A stretch of 64,000 nucleotides of DNA from an uncultured Acidobacteriota bacterium (GTDB lineage: Bacteria; Acidobacteriota; Vicinamibacteria; Vicinamibacterales; CAVPJW01): NCBI GenBank assembly GCA_963705525.1, contig CAVPJW010000004.1, positions 448,789 to 512,788 on the forward strand, written 5' to 3'. The notes beneath the pieces are model-generated. The model saw only the letters and a list, made by a program, of their open reading frames with translations, was not told where the DNA came from and did not search any database. Below are positions 58,754 to 64,000 of the stretch, in pieces. Position 1 is the first letter of the stretch, and each line of letters starts with the position of its first letter. A program made the translations under genes and the position numbers.

Positions 58754-60268
58754 TCAGACCTCCGTCGGGTCAATCTGCGCGCGCTGCAGCTTGCCGCTGA
58801 AGTCCACGTAGACGGATTTCCACTCCGAGAAGACATCGAGCGCGGCAGTACCTGCCTCGCGGTGTCCGTTGCCCGTCGCCTTCGTCCCCCCGAAAGGCAG
58901 GTGCACTTCGGCACCGATCGTCGGCGCATTGACGTAGAAGATGCCGGTGTAGAGATCCCGCATCGCCGTAAAGGCCGAATTGATGTCCTGCGTGTAAATG
59001 GACGCCGACAGCCCGTACTGGACGCCGTTGCCTATCTCGATCGCCTCTTCGAGCGAACCGCACGGGATGACCGAGACAACCGGACCGAAGATCTCGTCCT
59101 GCGCGATCCTCATCTTGGGGCTGACGTCGGCAAAAACCGTCGGCTCGTGGAAATAACCGTTCTTGTGCGCGCCCTGGTCGAGCGCATGTCCGCCGGCTGC
59201 AAGTGTCGCCCCCTCACGTTTGCCGATTTCGACATACTCCTTCACAGTTTCGAGCTGACTTGCACTGACCACCGGACCCATCTGAGTCGACGCGTCGAGC
59301 CCGTCGCCGACGCGCAGCGTGCGCGCCCGCGCCACGAACTTGTCGACGAACTGACGGTACACGTCGCGGTGCACGACGACGCGGCTTGCCGCGGTGCAGC
59401 GCTGGCCGGCAGTGCCGAAGCCGCCCCAGAGGCAGCCGTCGACGGCGAGGTCGATCGAGGCGTCCGACATCACCATGATGACGTTCTTGCCGCCCATCTC
59501 GAGGTGCACTTTCTTGAAATCCGGTGCACCCCGCTCAGACACCGTGCGCCCCACGCTGGTCGAACCGGTAAACGACACGACTCTGACCGACTGGTCAACG
59601 ACCATGGCCGTGCCGACTTCGTCGCCCCCCCCGGTTACCAGATTCACGACGCCGGCCGGAATCCCGGCATCCTCGAGGACCTTGACGAAATTGACCGCCG
59701 AGAGCGGCGTCAACGTCGCCGGCTTGAACACGACCGTGTTTCCGCAAATCAGCGCGGGAATAATCTTCCAGGACGGAATCGCCATCGGGAAATTCCAGGG
59801 CGTGATGATCGAGCACACGCCCAGCGGCTGCCGCACGGACATCGCAAACTTGTCGCGCAGCTCCGATGGCACCGTCTGCCCGTACTGGCGCCGGCCCTCG
59901 CCGGCGATGAAATAGGTCATATCGATGGCTTCCTGGACGTCTCCCCGCGTCTCATCCAGGACCTTCCCCATCTCGCGGGTCATCTCCCGGGCAAACTCCT
60001 CTTTCCGCTGAATGAGGAGTTCGGCGGCCCGGAACAGCAGCTCCGCCCGCTTGGGTGCCGGCACGAGACGCCATTTCTCATAGGCGGCACGCGCGGCCTC
60101 GAGCGCCGCCTGCACATCCTTGCGCGTGGACCGCTGGAATAGCCCAACCAGGTCGTCCGTGTTCGCCGGATTCTTGTTTTCGAACACTTCCCCGGAGGCT
60201 GCAGGTACCCAAGATCCGCCGATAAAGTTGTTGTACGTGGTCACTCGCGTGTTGGTTGTCACTGGCAT
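58754..60268 (-). CDS. Aldehyde dehydrogenase family protein
   Basis: Intact 504-aa [36 protein letters not shown] and GQRCTAASR blocks. Confidence 0.92.
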   Translation of the reverse strand: MPVTTNTRVTTYNNFIGGSWVPAASGEVFENKNPANTDDLVGLFQRSTRKDVQAALEAARAAYEKWRLVPAPKRAELLFRAAELLIQRKEEFAREMTREMGKVLDETRGDVQEAIDMTYFIAGEGRRQYGQTVPSELRDKFAMSVRQPLGVCSIITPWNFPMAIPSWKIIPALICGNTVVFKPATLTPLSAVNFVKVLEDAGIPAGVVNLVTGGGDEVGTAMVVDQSVRVVSFTGSTSVGRTVSERGAPDFKKVHLEMGGKNVIMVMSDASIDLAVDGCLWGGFGTAGQRCTAASRVVVHRDVYRQFVDKFVARARTLRVGDGLDASTQMGPVVSASQLETVKEYVEIGKREGATLAAGGHALDQGAHKNGYFHEPTVFADVSPKMRIAQDEIFGPVVSVIPCGSLEEAIEIGNGVQYGLSASIYTQDINSAFTAMRDLYTGIFYVNAPTIGAEVHLPFGGTKATGNGHREAGTAALDVFSEWKSVYVDFSGKLQRAQIDPTEV

Positions 60269-60444
60269 AACCCCACAAGAGTGCCGTACTTAGCGAGGAG
60301 GACGCAAGCCGCGCCGACCGGCTGGCGCCCTCCGGAGGAAGACAGACGGCAACGATAACGACAGGTGAGAACGGGACCATCGTCGACGAAATGATTCACT
60401 TTGGAGCCGGGTTCTTCGAAAAGCACATGACCCTCAGATTGAGA

Positions 60445-60477
60445 CGCCAAAACCCAAGGAATTTGGCGCATCTTTTT
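60445..60477 (+). terminator. Terminator-like hairpin with U-run inside a 5' intergenic region (candidate attenuator or sRNA end)
   Basis: CGCCAAA ACCCAAGGAA TTTGGCG followed by CATCTTTTT. Lies 55 nt upstream of the pseudo-receiver start codon. Confidence 0.4.
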
Positions 60478-60531
60478 CGATTTGTGAGTGGCGCGATTCT
60501 TGAATGGTTAAGGGGTGTCGGAGGAAAAGGC

Positions 60532-60919
60532 ATGATCGCGGCACCTGACACCACCACTCGCGAGAAACACGTCGCCACCACGCAGCGCGTGGTGATCGTC
60601 AACGGCAACGGTGACGTGCTCGAGCAGCTTGAAACGGTGCTCGATGCGGGCCACTACGACGTCAGTCTTCGTCGAGTCTGTTGATCACGCGTACTCGCAG
60701 GTCAAGCGCCTGCGGCCGAACCTCATCATCCTCTGCGTGCACATCGAAGACCTGGACGGATTCCAGGTTTTGTCGATGCTCAAGATGGACGAGGAGACGG
60801 CCGATATCCCGGTTTTGACCTACACCACGGAATATGAAGGGCAGGACGTCGAAGGCCAGATCCCACGGCGGGCCGAAGACGATTCGCTCCTGCGACGACC
60901 GAGCCTGCGGATGAACTGA
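60532..60919 (+). pseudogene. Single-domain receiver-like (pseudo-receiver) protein, one frameshift near 60660-60668
   Basis: GGAGGAAAAGGCATG start context. QRVVIVNGNGDVLEQLETVLDAGHYDV / VFVESVDHAYSQVKRLRPNLIILCVHIEDLDGFQVLSMLK...IPVLTYT lies in two frames. The acidic pocket DD is NG here, and Cys occupies the phospho-acceptor position. Confidence 0.55.
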
Positions 60920-60935
60920 CCGCCCCTGCGCGGGA

Positions 60936-61289
60936 ATGTCCGACCCTCACGACCACGGGCGTGCCGCCGAGCGAATCGAGATACTGGGCGATCTCGCGGG
61001 CGAGGTGCAGATCCTTCAACCCGTATCAATCAAAGAAATCAGCGTCACGGGAGCGCAGGTCGAATCGACGTTCCCGCTGCACGTCGATTCGCTGCACGAG
61101 TTCCGCCTGATGCTCGGCGGTCAGCCGGTCGTCGTCCACGGAATCGTGGCGCACTCGAGCATCAGCGAAGTGGAAGCGGAGCAGGTGCTCTACCAATCAG
61201 GAATCCAATTCGTCGAAATGCCCCCTCGCATTCGAGAGGTGGTCGAGCGCTTCATCGAGGCGTTGAAGGCGGCGCGGGCACGGTCTTGA
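60936..61289 (+). CDS. PilZ domain protein
   Basis: RAAER (RxxxR) followed about 25 aa later by EISVTGAQV ([D/N/E]xSxxG). 117 aa. Confidence 0.68.
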   Translation: MSDPHDHGRAAERIEILGDLAGEVQILQPVSIKEISVTGAQVESTFPLHVDSLHEFRLMLGGQPVVVHGIVAHSSISEVEAEQVLYQSGIQFVEMPPRIREVVERFIEALKAARARS

Positions 61290-62619
61290 TATCCCCTTCG
61301 GCTCGCGAGGGATTGACGTAGGCGGACACCAGGCCTTCGTGGCCGCCGGATCCGACGGCCGCCAGCCCGAAGACATAGTCGTCGATCGAGACGTTGGACA
61401 GGACGGCCTCGGTCGCTTTGCCCACATTCATCTCGTGTTCCCAGTCGGGCGACCAGGCTCTACGCCAGAAGACCCGATAGCTCGCCGCACCGTCAACCGG
61501 CATCCAGCGAAGCCGCGCATCATAGCCGCTCGCCCCCCGATCGAGGAGCGGCTGCCCACGGTCGTTGACGACGACGGGCGACATCGGCGCCAAGGCCAGG
61601 TTGGCGAGCGCGGCGGCGTTCACGCGCACGTTGCGCGCGAGATACGGAAAGGACACCCCGTCGATCGTGTCCTCGACCGCATGCTGGCGCGAGTAGTTCT
61701 CGTTCGCTTCGGTGATCCTCACAGCGGTGAATCCGCGCTGATTGAACGACGTGTGGTCGCCTCCGCGGCCGAAGCGGTCGTGCCGCGCGATGAGCGTCAC
61801 GCGGTGTGAAGGCACATAGCGGGCAGCCTGTCGTGCGACATACCGCGCGAGTTGCCTGGAGGTCGAATCCTCCGGTCCTTCCGAAAACACGCGAACGCCC
61901 TCACCGTCGTCGATGCCGTTCCCTCCGTGTGAATTGCCGACGATATCGTTGTTCAGCACGGCGACAATCGGCCAGCCCTCCGCGCGAGCCTTCTGCGCGT
62001 GGAGATTCGAGCCGACGAGCCCCTGCTCTTCCCCTGCGAACAGGACGAAGACGATCGTCGCATCGAAGTCCAGCCCGCTTCCCGCGAACACCCGCGCCAG
62101 CTCCATGGTGAGGGCCGTGCCACTACCGTCGTCATTGGCGCCCGGCGCGTAATTGTCGGAGGACGAGAAATCGAACGACGCGGCGGCGCCGGTCGTCGTC
62201 ACACGACGGGCCAGGCTGTCGTAGTGCCCGGAGACGTAAATCCGTCGCGGAGTCCTGCCGGGCAATGTCGCGACGACATTCCTCAGTTCCACATCCCGGG
62301 TAATGCGATCGCCCTGCTTAGCCACCTGGTAGCTGTCGAACGTCACCTGGAGCCGGCCGTAGCCGGAAGCCGTCAGTTCGTCGAAGATCCATTGGCGGGC
62401 GGCTCCGATGCCCTTGTCGCGCGAATCGGTCGACGAGAGCGTGTTGCGCGTTTCGAACCCTTGCAGGCGGCGGAGGATCGATTCGAGGCGCTCCGGAGAA
62501 ATCTGCTCCAGCAACCCAACGACTCGCGGGTCCAGGTCTGCGCTCTGTGCCTGCGCCGACGCCGGATGACTTGAGAGTACCGTGGCGATGAGTGCGAGTG
62601 TTGCCAGCGCTGCGCGCAT
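61252..62619 (-). CDS. M28 family metallopeptidase (aminopeptidase) with C-terminal beta-sandwich domain
   Basis: Signal peptide ending ASAQAQS, and GANDDGSGTALTMELARVF, FAGEEQGLVGS and GGDHTSF blocks. Confidence 0.9.
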   Translation of the reverse strand: MRAALATLALIATVLSSHPASAQAQSADLDPRVVGLLEQISPERLESILRRLQGFETRNTLSSTDSRDKGIGAARQWIFDELTASGYGRLQVTFDSYQVAKQGDRITRDVELRNVVATLPGRTPRRIYVSGHYDSLARRVTTTGAAASFDFSSSDNYAPGANDDGSGTALTMELARVFAGSGLDFDATIVFVLFAGEEQGLVGSNLHAQKARAEGWPIVAVLNNDIVGNSHGGNGIDDGEGVRVFSEGPEDSTSRQLARYVARQAARYVPSHRVTLIARHDRFGRGGDHTSFNQRGFTAVRITEANENYSRQHAVEDTIDGVSFPYLARNVRVNAAALANLALAPMSPVVVNDRGQPLLDRGASGYDARLRWMPVDGAASYRVFWRRAWSPDWEHEMNVGKATEAVLSNVSIDDYVFGLAAVGSGGHEGLVSAYVNPSRAEGDIKTVPAPPSTPR

Positions 62620-62628
62620 CGTTGTCGG

Positions 62629-63030
62629 CTATTTGACCTTCAGGTGCTCGAGGTAGTCGCCGGAGGCAATCCGCTGCGCCTTGCCGAGCGGGGCGTTGTA
62701 GAAGTACACCCACGCGGGCTCGACGCGCCCGTCTTCAAAGGTCACTGGAGCCTGGACCCGCGTGTACAGACTGCGTTCCGGCTCGCTCGGGCGATATCCC
62801 TCGATCTCGTCGAGGATCGACAGGACCAGTTCGGGATCCTGCATGTCGTGGACCTCTCCCCAGACCCGTCCGTCTGGAGACGGAACAGCGGCGGGATAGA
62901 TGCCCAGATCGAACAGGGCGGCTTGAATCGTGCCGCGACCGACGAACGACAGCTTCGGATCGACGCCCGCCCCCGGGCGCCGGCTGAATCCCGTCCTCAG
63001 CGTGCCGTAGAAGAAGACGCGCTCGGCCAT
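62629..63030 (-). CDS. Gamma-glutamylcyclotransferase (AIG2/GGACT-like) family protein
   Basis: FFYGTLR N-terminal motif and a ~130-aa size typical of the family. Confidence 0.82.
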   Translation of the reverse strand: MAERVFFYGTLRTGFSRRPGAGVDPKLSFVGRGTIQAALFDLGIYPAAVPSPDGRVWGEVHDMQDPELVLSILDEIEGYRPSEPERSLYTRVQAPVTFEDGRVEPAWVYFYNAPLGKAQRIASGDYLEHLKVK

Positions 63031-63159
63031 GTTCAGAACCGTGAGGACGAAGCAGAGAGCAGACCCGCAGGTTCGCTCGGAACGTTCGGTGCGGACTAGC
63101 GGCTGGGGGTGACGGGCAGTTTAGGGGCTCGGTCGGAGCGAGTCAAGCGCCCGCGTGGT

Positions 63160-64000
63160 CTAGTTCTGGTGATCGTGCTCTTTGGCCATCGCGTCGAAGA
63201 GCTGCACCGGAACGGAGAACGACATGACGACCGTCTTGCCCGTTCCGCTGAGCTGCAGCGACTGCAACAGCACTTGAAGCTCGGGCTTCGAGCCAGCCTG
63301 CAGCTTGGCGAGCGCCATGAAGCCGCGGATGACATCCCGGAGATTCTGCGCGGCTGCCTCGTCGCGCGCCTCGGCCTTGAGCACGCCGCTCAGGCCGCCG
63401 TTGATCCGTCCGGTTGCGGATACCCACGTGATTGGGGGAATCTGGCTCGCGACGCCCTCGGGCAGTCTCGCTTCACTCGCCAGGGTATCGAAGCGGCCAA
63501 CGGCCCACGCGTTTCCCGGATCCAGTTCGGCCACCATGCGCATCAGTTCGGCATTGCCCGTGATGCTCTCGCCGCCCCTGGCCAGGTCGATTGCCTGGCG
63601 CACGAGCTGGTCGCTGCCAAGCGCCACCAGGCCCGCCTCGAGGAATGCCATCGCGAGTTCTTCGTCGTCTTTTCCCGCGTGGGTAACGATCCGCTTGCCC
63701 TTGTACTCCTCGACCATGCCGCCGTGTTCCTTGGCAAATCCCTCGAGCCGCACTTCGTCAAAGCGGCCGCGCGCGAGCACGAGGCCCTTGCCCTTCGACT
63801 TCTCGTCCGCCGATTCCTCATCGCGCGTCATGCACGCGACCACCCGATCGATGTCGGTTTCGATGTTGATGCCCGTGCGCTCCTGAAACTCCTGCCGGCC
63901 GCCCTTTTTTTCCTCTGGTTCGAGGTCCTTGAGGCGCTGCCGGAGCTCCGAACTCATGACGTCACGAACGTCGGCGTACGCCAGCACCGTGGCGTCGCGG
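63160..64000 (-). CDS. Hypothetical protein, 5' end beyond the window
   Basis: The open frame continues without a stop through 64000. Coding-like codon bias. No family recognised. Confidence 0.55.
   Translation of the reverse strand, partial: RDATVLAYADVRDVMSSELRQRLKDLEPEEKKGGRQEFQERTGINIETDIDRVVACMTRDEESADEKSKGKGLVLARGRFDEVRLEGFAKEHGGMVEEYKGKRIVTHAGKDDEELAMAFLEAGLVALGSDQLVRQAIDLARGGESITGNAELMRMVAELDPGNAWAVGRFDTLASEARLPEGVASQIPPITWVSATGRINGGLSGVLKAEARDEAAAQNLRDVIRGFMALAKLQAGSKPELQVLLQSLQLSGTGKTVVMSFSVPVQLFDAMAKEHDHQN

Overview
High-GC (about two-thirds G+C by eye, not computed), gene-dense chromosomal segment of a diderm bacterium. Gene content (Tes-type radical SAM enzyme, peptidase/PD40/Omp85 fusion, many exported peptidases and TPR proteins) suggests Acidobacteriota, but that is inference only. 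About 58 protein-coding genes are supportable. I see no rRNA, tRNA, CRISPR array, transposase, integrase or phage genes. In order the window holds: MacAB-like efflux genes; an ECF sigma/anti-sigma/TlpA operon divergent from a ~1040-aa outer-membrane fusion protein; an orphan ferredoxin-nuoB-nuoI trio; S9, M19 and M28 peptidases and a TonB-dependent receptor; an exported truncated hemoglobin; an aerobic benzoyl-CoA (box) cluster with a divergent TetR gene; lipA and UDG; a long minus-strand run of ilvC-ilvN-ilvB-ilvD-pheA, lpdA-aceF-aceE, threonine dehydratase and GDPD; an AAA+/VWA/Lon-N three-gene module; ypdA; a stand-alone radical-SAM gene of the archaeal tetraether-synthase (Tes/GDGT-MAS, MJ0619) family; folE; a second fatty-acyl-CoA cluster; and a pseudo-receiver/PilZ pair. 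The points most worth a second look are four. (1) The bacterial Tes homologue is a candidate for membrane-spanning lipid synthesis. (2) At least seven intergenic elements are built from locus-specific 7-8 bp tandem units, and five of them pair a direct arm with a reverse-complement arm to give long periodic hairpins. (3) The AAA+/VWA/Lon-N operon has no assigned function. (4) Single-base frameshifts number about 15 in total, and 10 of them fall in three adjacent genes at 55.2-58.7 kb; sequencing error is the more likely cause, but local decay is not excluded. All family assignments rest on motifs read from the translations and on my memory of those families. No database search was run.
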